A stretch of 63,710 nt of DNA, the filler included, from Pseudomonadota bacterium (GTDB lineage Bacteria; Bdellovibrionota_F; JAHFAK01; JBDREC01), in assembly GCA_043820105.1 (NCBI GenBank). It is 8 parts of 7 records of this genome, joined end to end, with 100 filler letters (N's around TTAATTAATTAA, not from the genome) between each part and the next. Parts side by side here need not be neighbours in the genome. Positions count along the whole stretch, not along the records: positions 18,814 to 24,359 come from JBDREC010000047.1; positions 24,460 to 41,743 come from JBDREC010000050.1; 6 more parts are not named here. One strand, written 5' to 3'. The notes below the pieces were generated by a model. The model was given only the letters and a program-made list of their open reading frames with translations. It did no database searches and was not told the DNA's origin. How positions within the stretch are numbered: the stretch's first letter is position 1; every line of letters begins with the position of its first letter. A program made the translations under genes and the position numbers. Shown here one piece after another: positions 19,340-30,080 of the stretch.

Positions 19340-21304
19340 ATGACAAGATTTAAAATAACCAGCCTCGTTTTTTTGCTTTTCACATTAGCATTAAGCTTTA
19401 ATGTATTTTCTAAAACCTATATTGTTGATGATTTAGTTGATTCATCTCCAGATTCAAGCTGCTTAGCAGAAGAAGACGGAGGTGGAACTTGCAACCTAAG
19501 AGAGGCAATAGATCTTTCAAATTCTGATACTACAGGAGATCATGATATTTATCTACCCTCCTCTACTATTTCACTTTCTGTGATAAATACATCAGCTGCT
19601 GATGAAGATTTGAATCAAACAGGTGATCTTGATTTATTAAATACTACATCTCAAATTACAATTGTTGGAGGTGGTATTGGAATCAGTATTATAGATGCTG
19701 CATCATTAAATGACAGAATTTTTGATATTAATTCAACAAGTGCTCATCTCATATTACAAGATCTAACTATTCAAAATGGCTATTCAAATTACTATGGTGG
19801 AGCTATTTACAACTTGGGCACTTTAGAAATCGATACTGTTTCAATTGATGACAATGAAGCAAGCTATGGTGGTGGAGCAATATATAATTACAATAGTTGC
19901 CAAATTTCCAACTCAAAATTATCAGGCAATAAAGCCTCAGCAGAAGGTGGAGCGATCTATCATTATAATAAAACTATTGATATTTCAAACACAGTTATTG
20001 AAAATAATACTTCAGCGTCTAATGGTGGTTCATTTTCATCATATGCAGGTGACGTCACAATTGATAATTGTCAGTTTATGTCAAATGAGTCAGGCTCCAA
20101 TGGAGGTGCCATAAACATTTACTCTGGAACAAGCAGTTTCTATATTTCAAACTCACTATTAAATGATAATTTAAGTAATTATATGGGTGGCGCTATTAAC
20201 TCAACTGCTACGACTGTAATTTCAAATACAACTATTATAGGAAATAATAGTACTGATTACGGTGGAGCTATTTCAACATCTTTTGCAGATATCACTATTA
20301 GAAATTCTAATATAAGCAATAATTCATCTGATAGATATGCAGGAGCTATTTATTTTTCAAGTAGTTCGGGAGAATTTTCAGACACTATCTTTAGAAATAA
20401 TACAGATGCATATCACACAGGAGGAATTTCAAATTATTATGGTTCAATTCTAAATCTTTCTCGTTGTACGTTTATAAGAAATTCCAGTTCAAGTACAGGA
20501 AGTGGAGCAATCTACAGCTATTCGTCAGATCTCTTTGTTTATGAATGTGACTTTATACGAAATGAATCTGCAGGAGCAGGCGGTGCAATTGCTTTTAGTA
20601 CTGGAACTCTAGATATTTATGACTCTACATTTAGACTTAATTCATCATCCTATAATTCTTGTCAAAATGGTGGTGGAGCCTTATACAACTATGGTGGCAC
20701 AGCAACAATAAAAAGGTCAACTTTTGAACTGAATGAAGCAGATAATCATGGTGGAGCTATTCACAATAGAGGAAGCTGTGAAATTGAAAACTCAACCTTT
20801 TATAGAAATAAAACAAATCAAAGCACATCTTACGGTGGAGCAATAAAAAATGACAACAATATTAATCTTGCTCATGTAACGATACATCAAAATCAAGGCT
20901 ATTCAGGAGCTGGTGGTTATTATAATAGCAGTTCAGCAAATCTTTTAATAAAAAACTCAATTGTCTCACAAAACATTGATGCATCATTTGTAGTTGATAA
21001 TTCAATTGGAACAATTACTTCTTATGGATATAATATTTGCACTGATACTACTTGTGGATTTACTGCTACAACAGATTTATTTAGCACTAATCCTAGACTT
21101 GATTCAGCTGGAACTCAAATGAATGGAGGCGATACAGAAACAATTATCATCCATCCATCTTCTAGTGCTCTTAATGCAATCCCAGAAGCTGATTGCACTG
21201 ATTTTTCAGGTAATTATATTACAGAAGATCAAAGAAGCTATGACAGGCCCTATTCAAGAGATTCAAGTAATGCATGTGATATTGGAGCACTTGAGCTCCA
21301 ATAA
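19340..21304 (+). CDS. Secreted beta-helix adhesin-like protein (CSLREA N-terminus, Pmp-like GGAI repeats, choice-of-anchor Q C-terminus)
   Basis: Signal peptide, CNLREAI, many GGAIY repeats, DQR..CDIGALE end. Confidence 0.88.
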   Translation: MTRFKITSLVFLLFTLALSFNVFSKTYIVDDLVDSSPDSSCLAEEDGGGTCNLREAIDLSNSDTTGDHDIYLPSSTISLSVINTSAADEDLNQTGDLDLLNTTSQITIVGGGIGISIIDAASLNDRIFDINSTSAHLILQDLTIQNGYSNYYGGAIYNLGTLEIDTVSIDDNEASYGGGAIYNYNSCQISNSKLSGNKASAEGGAIYHYNKTIDISNTVIENNTSASNGGSFSSYAGDVTIDNCQFMSNESGSNGGAINIYSGTSSFYISNSLLNDNLSNYMGGAINSTATTVISNTTIIGNNSTDYGGAISTSFADITIRNSNISNNSSDRYAGAIYFSSSSGEFSDTIFRNNTDAYHTGGISNYYGSILNLSRCTFIRNSSSSTGSGAIYSYSSDLFVYECDFIRNESAGAGGAIAFSTGTLDIYDSTFRLNSSSYNSCQNGGGALYNYGGTATIKRSTFELNEADNHGGAIHNRGSCEIENSTFYRNKTNQSTSYGGAIKNDNNINLAHVTIHQNQGYSGAGGYYNSSSANLLIKNSIVSQNIDASFVVDNSIGTITSYGYNICTDTTCGFTATTDLFSTNPRLDSAGTQMNGGDTETIIIHPSSSALNAIPEADCTDFSGNYITEDQRSYDRPYSRDSSNACDIGALELQ

Positions 21305-21329
21305 TTTATTTCTGTCTTTGAAATACTAA

Positions 21330-22616
21330 TTAACTCCAAGAACCATGAGAACGTGACTTTGTGCTGTTTTTTGAATCATTTGAACCAAATCGTCTAGGTT
21401 TTCTTCCTGAATAATTAAAAGGGCGATTAAAGTTTTCTTTTCCTCTTCTTGGATTATGGCTTGCTATCTGTGCACTTGGATCTGGTTCATAGCCTTCAAG
21501 TTTAATTGTTGGAATTTTTTTATTAAGCAGTTTTTCTATATTTCTTAAATAGGCAACTTCATTACCACTAACCAAAGATAAAGCTTCGCCTTCATGCCCT
21601 GCTCTGCCAGTTCTTCCAATTCTGTGGATATAATCTTCTGGAACATTTGGAATGTCATAATTTACCACATGTGGTAATTCTTGAATATCAAGGCCTCGCG
21701 CTGCAATATCTGTTGCTACTAAGACTTGTACGGATTCTTTTTTAAATAGATCAAGTGCCTTTGTTCTGGCTGCTTGTGATTTGTTTCCATGAATTGCTGT
21801 GGAAATTATTCCATCTTTTAATAGTTGCCCTGCTAAGCGATTAGCACCATGCTTGGTACGTGTAAACACTAAAACACGCTGCCAATTATTTTTATCGATA
21901 AGATGTGAGAGCAAGTCTTTTTTTCGACGTTGATCCACATGATGAACCACCTGACTCACTAATTCTGCTGCAGGTTTTTGTGGAGCTACTTCAATGACAA
22001 CAGGGTCTTTGAGAAAACTCATAGCCAAGCGCTTAATCTGAAACGAAAAAGTTGCAGAAAACATAAGATTTTGTCTGTTTTTTGGCAACAGAGCAATGAT
22101 TCTTTTAATGTCTGGAATAAAACCCATATCAAGCATACGATCAGCTTCATCCAAAATTAATACTTCTACTTTCGAAAGATCGATTGTACCCTGGCTCACA
22201 TGGTCAAGCAAACGACCTGGCGTTGCTACCACTATATCAACTCCAAGGCGAAGTTTTTTGATTTGAGGGCTGATGTTAACACCACCAAAAATAACACAAC
22301 TACTTAAAGGCAAATGCCTTCCATATGTTTGTACACTTTTACAGACTTGAGCTGCAAGTTCACGAGTGGGTGTTACAATCAGAGCCCTTATTTGTTTTTT
22401 ATGATTCAAGTTTTGTTTGTTAGACATTAGACCTTGTAGTAAAGGCAATGTAAAACCAGCTGTTTTTCCTGTACCTGTTTGTGATCTACCCATAACATCT
22501 TGCTTGTTTAAAATAGCAGGAATGGTTTGTTTCTGAATCTCTGTTGGAACTCTGTAACCTTGCATTTCTACTGCACGCAACAAGTCATCAGATAGTCCTA
22601 AATTATTAAATGACAT
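21330..22616 (-). CDS. rhlE: DEAD-box RNA helicase RhlE
   Basis: [39 protein letters not shown]. Confidence 0.92.
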   Translation of the reverse strand: MSFNNLGLSDDLLRAVEMQGYRVPTEIQKQTIPAILNKQDVMGRSQTGTGKTAGFTLPLLQGLMSNKQNLNHKKQIRALIVTPTRELAAQVCKSVQTYGRHLPLSSCVIFGGVNISPQIKKLRLGVDIVVATPGRLLDHVSQGTIDLSKVEVLILDEADRMLDMGFIPDIKRIIALLPKNRQNLMFSATFSFQIKRLAMSFLKDPVVIEVAPQKPAAELVSQVVHHVDQRRKKDLLSHLIDKNNWQRVLVFTRTKHGANRLAGQLLKDGIISTAIHGNKSQAARTKALDLFKKESVQVLVATDIAARGLDIQELPHVVNYDIPNVPEDYIHRIGRTGRAGHEGEALSLVSGNEVAYLRNIEKLLNKKIPTIKLEGYEPDPSAQIASHNPRRGKENFNRPFNYSGRKPRRFGSNDSKNSTKSRSHGSWS

Positions 22617-23046
22617 AATACTGTTTCTCCTTATTCAGATTATTGGATTTTCTTAATCCATCTGAATTAAAAAATTATTCTATAAACTGCACTTTTTTTC
22701 CAAAAGTTTACAAAACGTTTCCAGCATTATTGCAGTGAAATGATTGCATAGTCTAGCCTTGGCAGAATTTAAAGGCTGTAAACTCAACTCAAACGAGCCC
22801 AGTTCACATTTAATAGGAAGGGACTAGTGAGGTTTTGGATATATTCTCGAATTCTAAAATGATTCAAGAATAAAGCTTATAGCCTAGTTTGCAGGTAATT
22901 GCAAGTAAAATCAGTATTTTGCCCTATTACTCCGAAAACGATCAAGTCAAAGACAGGTTGAAATCTAAAAAGCCTCTATTTAATTTATAGTTTTTCTAAC
23001 AAAAACTAAGTTACTCTTTTTAAAGACAATTTTCCATCAACAATCA

Positions 23047-23062
23047 TGGCATTATCTTTGCT
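23047..23062 (+). promoter_or_regulatory. sigma54 promoter candidate
   Basis: TGGCATTATCTTTGCT, GG-N10-GC, 50 bp before the 23112 start. Confidence 0.7.
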
Positions 23063-23111
23063 TTAATAATCAGAAAGACTGTAGCAGAATTAAGTTTTTT
23101 TTGGAGAAATA

Positions 23112-24155
23112 ATGAATTTAAAGACAAAAAACATTATAATCATTATTATAGTCCTTTGCATTAGCTCAAATATGTATGCATCTTTTATTCCAGATAGATA
23201 TTCAGAAAAGTTACAGAACTGGTCAATGGTACAAAATAGCCACTATTTAATGCAAGGCAATCCTGCTCAAAAGGCTCTTGTTATAAATGAAATTTTAGAA
23301 GGTAAAATAGCACAATCAAAAGGACTGCCTGGATTTTCAATGGTTGAAAGTTTTTCAACTATTTTAGTAATGGTTATAGCTGCAAATTTCTTATATTGTG
23401 ATGATGTTAGTGACTATGTCAGACTTAACTCGATTGAAAGAAACCGTTTATCAATGTCAGAAATGTTTGATTTTGTAATGGATTCTTTAAAAACTCAAGG
23501 AGCAGACTTGGAATTTTTCTCAATGTTTTTAGGAGCAGCTGCTATTGAAACAAGTATTAGCTATGGACTTAGCAAAACTGGCAATATGGCACTTGGAGCT
23601 GAAAATATTAGAATGGCCTCTCATCAATGGAATGTCTTTTTTAATGCTGGAATTGGACAAAATATGTTTGCTCAATTTATATCAGGATACATACACATCT
23701 TATATGCTTTTGGTTGGTGGGAAATAATTGGTGAGTGGCTTGATATTTCAAAACATTTGACCAAGGATGAATTAAGAATATTTGATCCGAAAATAAACAA
23801 TGATTCAGGAGCTGTCTTTTCTGATGACTATTTAGATAACATTTACAATCTTCGCGATATTTTTATGCTCAATAAAATAGAACAGAATTCTCCTGAAACA
23901 ATTAAAAATTTAGCTATATTAGTAAGCATTGGCTGGGCTTCATTAATAGCAAGAATTTATGGAGAGCTTCCGACAATATGTGCAAGATGTGGAAAGGAAA
24001 TGAAACTTAAAAAGTTTATTCTTAAGGAGGAAGAAACAACTGCAATTGTACCTTGGTCAAAAAGAGCACCTCCTAAGATCAAGTTTCCAAAGTTTGATGA
24101 AGTGTCAGAAAACATTGAATATGTTTATGATAAATATCAAGAAGCAATAAATTAA
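23112..24155 (+). CDS. Chimeric ORF: secreted hypothetical protein fused in frame to an IS91-type transposase C-terminal tail
   Basis: Signal peptide; the last ~75 aa WASLIARIYGELPTICARCGKEMKL..RAPP match the WAxLIxRIY-CxxCG-RxPP tail typical of IS91/Y2 transposases. Confidence 0.65.
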   Translation: MNLKTKNIIIIIIVLCISSNMYASFIPDRYSEKLQNWSMVQNSHYLMQGNPAQKALVINEILEGKIAQSKGLPGFSMVESFSTILVMVIAANFLYCDDVSDYVRLNSIERNRLSMSEMFDFVMDSLKTQGADLEFFSMFLGAAAIETSISYGLSKTGNMALGAENIRMASHQWNVFFNAGIGQNMFAQFISGYIHILYAFGWWEIIGEWLDISKHLTKDELRIFDPKINNDSGAVFSDDYLDNIYNLRDIFMLNKIEQNSPETIKNLAILVSIGWASLIARIYGELPTICARCGKEMKLKKFILKEEETTAIVPWSKRAPPKIKFPKFDEVSENIEYVYDKYQEAIN

Positions 24156-24236
24156 AAGTTTTGTTATTGCTAACAGAAGAGCTTTGTTCAAAAAACGGGA
24201 AAAGTCTGTTGTTTTTTCCATGAACATAACTTTTGC

Positions 24237-24284
24237 AAAGCACATATTGAGGATGATGAGTACATCCTCCTCAATATGTGCTTT
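24237..24284. other. 17-bp perfect inverted repeat hairpin
   Basis: aaagcacatattgagga ... tcctcaatatgtgcttt downstream of the transposase tail. Confidence 0.85.
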
Positions 24285-24359
24285 ATGTTTTAGTTTTTAT
24301 ATCTTTTGCACCAATTGAACCTTTATACTTGAATATTATCCCAGAAAGTTCCTACGGAT
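24241..24359 (+). repeat. 119-bp terminal direct repeat, copy 2
   Basis: Identical to 18814-18932. Confidence 0.97.
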
Positions 24360-24487
24360 NNNNNNNNNNNNNNNNNNNNNNNNNNNNNNNNNNNNNNNNN
24401 NNNTTAATTAATTAANNNNNNNNNNNNNNNNNNNNNNNNNNNNNNNNNNNNNNNNNNNNTAAATACAAGAACTATGCCAAGTTATTC

Positions 24488-24533
24488 TTAGAACTAGAAC
24501 TAGTGCTAGTACTAGTACTAGAACTAGTTCTAA
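24488..24533. repeat. CTAG-rich hexamer repeat/palindrome downstream of the tRNA
   Basis: ttagaactagaactagtgctagtactagtactagaactagttctaa. Confidence 0.75.
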
Positions 24534-24558
24534 ATTATTGATTTCAATCAAAAATTTA

Positions 24559-24631
<73 letters not shown>

Positions 24632-24807
24632 TTTTTGGGGAAATTCCAAATAATAAATAACAAATTCCAAATCAAGTTAGATAAAGGAAGTTCCAACTAA
24701 GTGCATTTCCTAGCTTGAAAAAAAATGTTAATCAAGTATAAATACAAAAAAATTAATTGTTTTTATTCTATTATTATAATAACGCTTTATCTAGAATAGG
24801 AAGAAGT

Positions 24808-25941
24808 TTGAAAACTATAAAATATATCTCATTTTGCGAAAATAATGGTTATGGAAATTCAGCCAAGGCTTATATAAAAGGTCTTTTGAATTATGGTGTA
24901 AATGTCTCTTGGATGCCATTGCGAATGGGTAAGCAAAAGAAGCTTGGTCTTGAAAAATCTGAGATGTATCGGTCTGAATATGAAGGTTTTGAAGAACAAA
25001 TAAATCGCAAACTGGATTATGATACTGTAATTGTTCACACTGTCCCAGAATACTTTCCTCTTTTAAAAAAACTTGAGCCTAATAAGAAAATTATTGGATA
25101 CACTGTTTGGGAAACAGATAAAATACCCTTAACTTGGGAAACTTTATTAGAAATTCCCGACCTGCTTTTTGTTCCATCACAATTTACAAAAAAAGTTTTC
25201 ATTGAAAGTGGGGTGAAAACTCCAATAACATTGATACCTCATGTTGCGGATATTAGTTCTACATCATCCGCTTTTTTATCTAAGTCTGATGAGCAGTTCA
25301 CTTTTTATTGTATCGAATCTTACACAAATCGCAAAGCAATTTGGGATCTTGTAAGTGTTTATTGCCAAACATTTTCTAAAAGGGACAATGTTATCTTAAT
25401 CATTAAAACTTCAAAAACAGATTTTACTAAGGCATCAATTTTTAGAAGAAAGCATTATGCAAGAAATGCAATTAAGAAAATCCAAAAAAAATTTATACAA
25501 GCGCCTGCAATAAAAGTTATTGATGAAGAATTAAGTGATGAAGAAATTCATAGCTTGCATAAAAAAGGGGATTGTTATATTTCATTAACAAGATCTGAAG
25601 GCTTTGGTCTATCACCATTTAATGCTTGTCTGCACGGAAATCCTGTTATCATAACAGGTTGGGGAGGGCAACTTGCTTATTTGGGTCAAGATTATCCTCT
25701 TTTGATTAATTACAATTTGATTTCTGCTTATGATCCACGAGCACCAGATATCTATTCTTCTGATCAAAAATGGGGAAAAGCTGATTTGAATCATGCCTCA
25801 AAGCTTATGAGACAGGTATTTGAAAATAAGCATGAGTATGGAAACAAGTTAAAAGCTCTCCAAGAAATAAATGTTGAGCAATTCAGTGAAGAAAGAATAA
25901 TTAAAAAGATATTAATCTCTCTACAAGCTCTTTTCCATTAA
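24808..25941 (+). CDS. Glycosyltransferase, GT4-like
   Basis: GYGNSA, IGYTVWETD, RKAI..L, RSEGFGL; likely TTG start at 24808 (ORF track 24757). Confidence 0.88.
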   Translation: MKTIKYISFCENNGYGNSAKAYIKGLLNYGVNVSWMPLRMGKQKKLGLEKSEMYRSEYEGFEEQINRKLDYDTVIVHTVPEYFPLLKKLEPNKKIIGYTVWETDKIPLTWETLLEIPDLLFVPSQFTKKVFIESGVKTPITLIPHVADISSTSSAFLSKSDEQFTFYCIESYTNRKAIWDLVSVYCQTFSKRDNVILIIKTSKTDFTKASIFRRKHYARNAIKKIQKKFIQAPAIKVIDEELSDEEIHSLHKKGDCYISLTRSEGFGLSPFNACLHGNPVIITGWGGQLAYLGQDYPLLINYNLISAYDPRAPDIYSSDQKWGKADLNHASKLMRQVFENKHEYGNKLKALQEINVEQFSEERIIKKILISLQALFH

Positions 25942-28036
25942 CGAGTTTTACTTTCTTACATAATTTCTTTTCATATTCTATTCCATTTAATTTCGAAAAA
26001 TATTCAAACATTTTAATCTCTTTTGTTTTCGGAGTGAAATATTCAATAAACTTTGATCCAGGTTTTAAGAACAAGACATGTGCATTGGCAGCTCCATGAA
26101 CTGAAATTAGTAAATCTGTATTGTGGATAATTTTAAATTGCTCCCCTATAGAAAGGTGCTCAAAAGCAACTTTCTCACAAATGTAATCAGGGTATAATAG
26201 TTTAAGTTTCTTAAGTTCTAAAATAGGATCTTGAATTTTTCGGTCTGTAATACCATCACTTCTTGGGTGTGGCAAATAATCTACGCGAAATAGAAGCAAA
26301 AGTCTTTTTTTGTTTTTATCTTTTTTAGGAGTTTTATTGATTTTGTATTTTTCTAATAAGGTACTTGTAAAAAGTCTTAAAAAGGTTTCATCAGGGCAAA
26401 AATTCACCTGTTCTAGCATTTCATATTTATTCAAAGGGGATTGATAACCAGGATTAACAAGAATAATCTTTTTAAATAAGATCTTTTCAGCTTGCATGTG
26501 TTTTATATAATAAACTTCATCAAATAGCTTTGTCCAAATTTCATCAAGTTTACCTATTGCATGCCCATCAAGAAAAACAAGGATTTTCTTTTTAAAAGGG
26601 TAAAGCAATGAGGCTACAAAAGCATTGTAAATTTCTATGATTCCATGGTATAAATTACAATATTCATATCGAGTAAGCATAAAAACAGGTTCCTTAAAGC
26701 ACATATCGTGATTATTAAAAGCATCAGGGGAAGGACTAAGTGCTGCTATAATGTCTTTTTGATAATTATGTAAATATTCATGTATATTTTTGTTTATTGT
26801 AAGGTTGTCTTTTAATATTAGAGCTGATTTATCATAAGAAGGAAGTTCTAGCTCTTCTGATCTTCCCAGCACATCTTCTACTTTTTCTTCACCTCTTGAG
26901 ACTTTAATTTTGTTTGTATCAATTATACAATCTCTAAGCTCTAAAATAGATGTTTTCAATTTAGTATGGCGGCGTATGTTTATATTATCAGAATAATTTT
27001 GAAAGCATTTATATGTATGAAATCCAAATAAATTTAAAGTTGTGTCTCTGCTTTTATAAAATTGAAAGTTATCAATAATTGGTTTTCTTTTTTTTATTCC
27101 TTTTTTATAGGCACTTGCAAAAACATATTTATAAAGAATTAAGGGGATTTGAATTTTACTTTTGTCTGTTGCAATTATAAGCTTGGTTATAAAATTAGAT
27201 AACTTGGTGTCTAGTAAGTTTTTGATTATCAGATTGAACAAAGTTGAGTTGTCTTTTTTTTCAAGGATTCGCATTATTTTTGAAGAGCTTTCAGAAAAAA
27301 AAATATGGGGGTGTTTTTTTAAAATTATTGGCATTGAATATTGTGAGCTTTCATGTATTTTAGAAAGCCTGGATTTAAAATTAAGATTTTCATCGTATAT
27401 TAAAGCGATAGATTTAGTTGTATATATAAGCTTTGCTTGATTTTGTTTTAGTCTAATTCCAAGGTCAAAATCTTCAGCACCATATTTAACAAAGGCTTCA
27501 TCAAAGCCAGAAACCTTATTAAATAAAGTTTTATTGATGAGAAATGCACCACCTAAGTTGCCTGCTTTTATTTCTTCATTGTGTTTAAATAGATTATCTT
27601 TATAGTAAGTTTTATTTAAGTTATTCGCAAAAGCTGAAGTTTCGCCCTGAAGTTTATCTGCTTTGATTTTTAATATTAGCACTATGTTCTTTTCAAAATT
27701 ATATTCTCTAACAATATTTGATATGCAACTTTTGTTTATAGCCATATCAACATCAAGAAAAAAAAGAATGTCGTGGCTTGCATTTTTTGCCCCAATATTT
27801 TTAGTTATTGCTCGACCCTGATTTATATTATTTCGAAGATATTTAATTTTACCAAAAAAACTGTTTTTAAAAGTATTAGCTTCTTTTTTAAGATTATCAT
27901 CTGATTTATCATCAACAATTATAATTTCTAGACTCTTTTGCTCATAATTTTGCATTATAATTGCATTAAGGCATCTTCTTAATGTTTCTTGTTTACAAAA
28001 AGCTGGAATGATAATTGATATTTTAACTTTCTTCAT
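25901..28036 (-). CDS. GT2 + GT61 (DUF563-like) fusion glycosyltransferase
   Basis: N-terminal ISIIIP..VDDKS..FLDVD..GAEDFDLG; C-terminal NLYH, QFKIIHNTDLLISVHGAANAHVLFL. Confidence 0.85.
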   Translation of the reverse strand: MKKVKISIIIPAFCKQETLRRCLNAIIMQNYEQKSLEIIIVDDKSDDNLKKEANTFKNSFFGKIKYLRNNINQGRAITKNIGAKNASHDILFFLDVDMAINKSCISNIVREYNFEKNIVLILKIKADKLQGETSAFANNLNKTYYKDNLFKHNEEIKAGNLGGAFLINKTLFNKVSGFDEAFVKYGAEDFDLGIRLKQNQAKLIYTTKSIALIYDENLNFKSRLSKIHESSQYSMPIILKKHPHIFFSESSSKIMRILEKKDNSTLFNLIIKNLLDTKLSNFITKLIIATDKSKIQIPLILYKYVFASAYKKGIKKRKPIIDNFQFYKSRDTTLNLFGFHTYKCFQNYSDNINIRRHTKLKTSILELRDCIIDTNKIKVSRGEEKVEDVLGRSEELELPSYDKSALILKDNLTINKNIHEYLHNYQKDIIAALSPSPDAFNNHDMCFKEPVFMLTRYEYCNLYHGIIEIYNAFVASLLYPFKKKILVFLDGHAIGKLDEIWTKLFDEVYYIKHMQAEKILFKKIILVNPGYQSPLNKYEMLEQVNFCPDETFLRLFTSTLLEKYKINKTPKKDKNKKRLLLLFRVDYLPHPRSDGITDRKIQDPILELKKLKLLYPDYICEKVAFEHLSIGEQFKIIHNTDLLISVHGAANAHVLFLKPGSKFIEYFTPKTKEIKMFEYFSKLNGIEYEKKLCKKVKLVNGKELVERLISF

Positions 28037-28086
28037 ATATTAATTATTTTAGTAGAAAATAAAATTGTCAAAGGCATATTTTGTTA

Positions 28087-28866
28087 TTAATAAATATTAA
28101 ATCCAATTTTGGAAATTGTTGCCTGTAAAAACAGCTTAATGAGATTCTTCAAACTTACCATTTTGCTAGCTATTGCTTTTTCAACAAAAGACTTGGAATT
28201 TAACAATAATCTAGACTTCCCATGGAAATCAATAGCATAGTCATAGGATGCATGAGTAGACCATAAACCTGATTTACCAGTATGCTGGATTACTGATGGA
28301 ATTAAGCAGACCATGCTTAAATTGTTTTTCTGCATTGCCTCTGAAACCAAATCATCCCAAAATGGTTTTAAATTATCTCTTATTAAAAAAGAATATAAAC
28401 TTCTGTGAAAAAAAAGATTTATTCCACCAATTCTTGACTTATATGCTAGGCCAGATTCCTTTTTAATTATGGGATGATTTATAATATTTGATGAGTTAAA
28501 GCCTGATAAAATAGTTTTATTATCTAATTTAGAAAAGGTCTCATGAAGTTTTGTTAACCAAAGAGGATCGAGCAAAACATCATTATCAAGGTTTGTTAAA
28601 TACTCATGCTTTTTTTTTATCAAGAAGTCAAAACCGTCTCTTAAGCAGGAAGATACGCCTTTATTTTGCTTGTTGAAAAATATCTCAATCTTTATATTTT
28701 TAATTGAGAAGGACTTTATAAACTTAATAACTCGTGAATCTGTGCTGGCATCATCAATAATAAGAATTTCACAATCAGGAAATAAGTTTGATTTAGATAA
28801 AGAATGTAGAGTTTTCTTAAAGTATTTATATCGATTGAAAGAAGTGATTAAAATTCCTGTGCTCAT
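28087..28866 (-). CDS. Glycosyltransferase family 2
   Basis: ITSFNR, IIDDAS, LDNDV, IQHTG. Confidence 0.88.
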   Translation of the reverse strand: MSTGILITSFNRYKYFKKTLHSLSKSNLFPDCEILIIDDASTDSRVIKFIKSFSIKNIKIEIFFNKQNKGVSSCLRDGFDFLIKKKHEYLTNLDNDVLLDPLWLTKLHETFSKLDNKTILSGFNSSNIINHPIIKKESGLAYKSRIGGINLFFHRSLYSFLIRDNLKPFWDDLVSEAMQKNNLSMVCLIPSVIQHTGKSGLWSTHASYDYAIDFHGKSRLLLNSKSFVEKAIASKMVSLKNLIKLFLQATISKIGFNIY

Positions 28867-30008
28867 TTTTTAATAACCTGTGCTTTTAGTTTATTTCTAA
28901 TTATATTAAGCTTTAAATATTTATAAATAAGGTAAAGATAAATCTTTATTAGAAGCATGGTTTTCATTTTTAAGCTAATATTTAGTGACTTTGAAAACTT
29001 GTTATTAATGAAAAGCTTCCATGTTTGCAGGCCATGATAAAAATTAAGATAGCATAGTTTATAAAAGTTATTTGATAATAAATTTAAAAATAATTTCTTA
29101 TTAAAAATATTTGTTTCATTATTTAAATTGCTTAAATGTATAAGCCACTTGCTTATTTTATCTAGTTTTTGAATATTATTGACCTCATGATTACAATGAA
29201 ATGCAGAAATATAATTATTAACAAATTCCTCTTCTATTAAACCGTGATCAAAAATATTAATATCATTTTTAAGGTTTGACTTAAATTCCTTCAATATATT
29301 TTTAGCTATTTCTTTATAAAATTTAGGAAAATAATTTTCATAATTACTGTGAAAATGACTGTCATTTTTTATGCGGTAATAATATAATACTTCGGGAAAG
29401 TTTATTACTTTGAACTTAAAAGAAGCTCTTAATATAAAGTCATAGTCAGATCTAATAATAAACTTGGTATTATATTTGAGTTCGTATTTTTTAATTAATG
29501 ATGAGCGCATCATTATAGTCGCACCACATACCTGAATTGATACAAAGGAATTTGCTTTTATTTCATCATATTCTAAGGGATGTTTAATTATATTACATTT
29601 ATTTAAATCCAGCCAATTTTTGCTGGATGGTTCATAAAATAATGCAACCCAGGAACCACAGATTCCAATAGTAGTATCATTTGCCATGGCCTTTAATAAG
29701 GTTTCAATTCTATTGCGATCTGATATGTCATCAGAATCCATCAATAGATAGTATTCACCTTTTGCCAGCTCAAGACCTTTGTTTCTTGTGTAAGCTGGAC
29801 CCATATTAACAGCATTTTTATAATAATTAATTCTAGAATCATTAAATGAAAGTATTATCTCTTCACTAAGGTCTATTGAAGCATCATTTATTATTATGAA
29901 TTCAAAGTGATCGTAGGTTTGGCTTAGGATGCTTTTAATTGACTCATCTAAAAAATCCTGACAATTATAAACAGGCATGATAATTGATACTAAGGTTTTG
30001 TTATGCAT
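28863..30008 (-). CDS. Glycosyltransferase family 2
   Basis: VSIIMPVYN, INDAS, MDSDD, LYYYR. Confidence 0.92.
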   Translation of the reverse strand: MHNKTLVSIIMPVYNCQDFLDESIKSILSQTYDHFEFIIINDASIDLSEEIILSFNDSRINYYKNAVNMGPAYTRNKGLELAKGEYYLLMDSDDISDRNRIETLLKAMANDTTIGICGSWVALFYEPSSKNWLDLNKCNIIKHPLEYDEIKANSFVSIQVCGATIMMRSSLIKKYELKYNTKFIIRSDYDFILRASFKFKVINFPEVLYYYRIKNDSHFHSNYENYFPKFYKEIAKNILKEFKSNLKNDINIFDHGLIEEEFVNNYISAFHCNHEVNNIQKLDKISKWLIHLSNLNNETNIFNKKLFLNLLSNNFYKLCYLNFYHGLQTWKLFINNKFSKSLNISLKMKTMLLIKIYLYLIYKYLKLNIIRNKLKAQVIKK

Positions 30009-30080
30009 AAATGATTAAAAAATTACATTAATTATAATTTTACTAGAAATTAATTTATTAAAATAATCAAGGAAAAGCCC

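Noticed and set aside
22620-22900. Possible riboswitch in the rhlE leader
   Set aside because: Some hairpin potential, but no aptamer consensus I can recognise; an Rfam scan would be needed.
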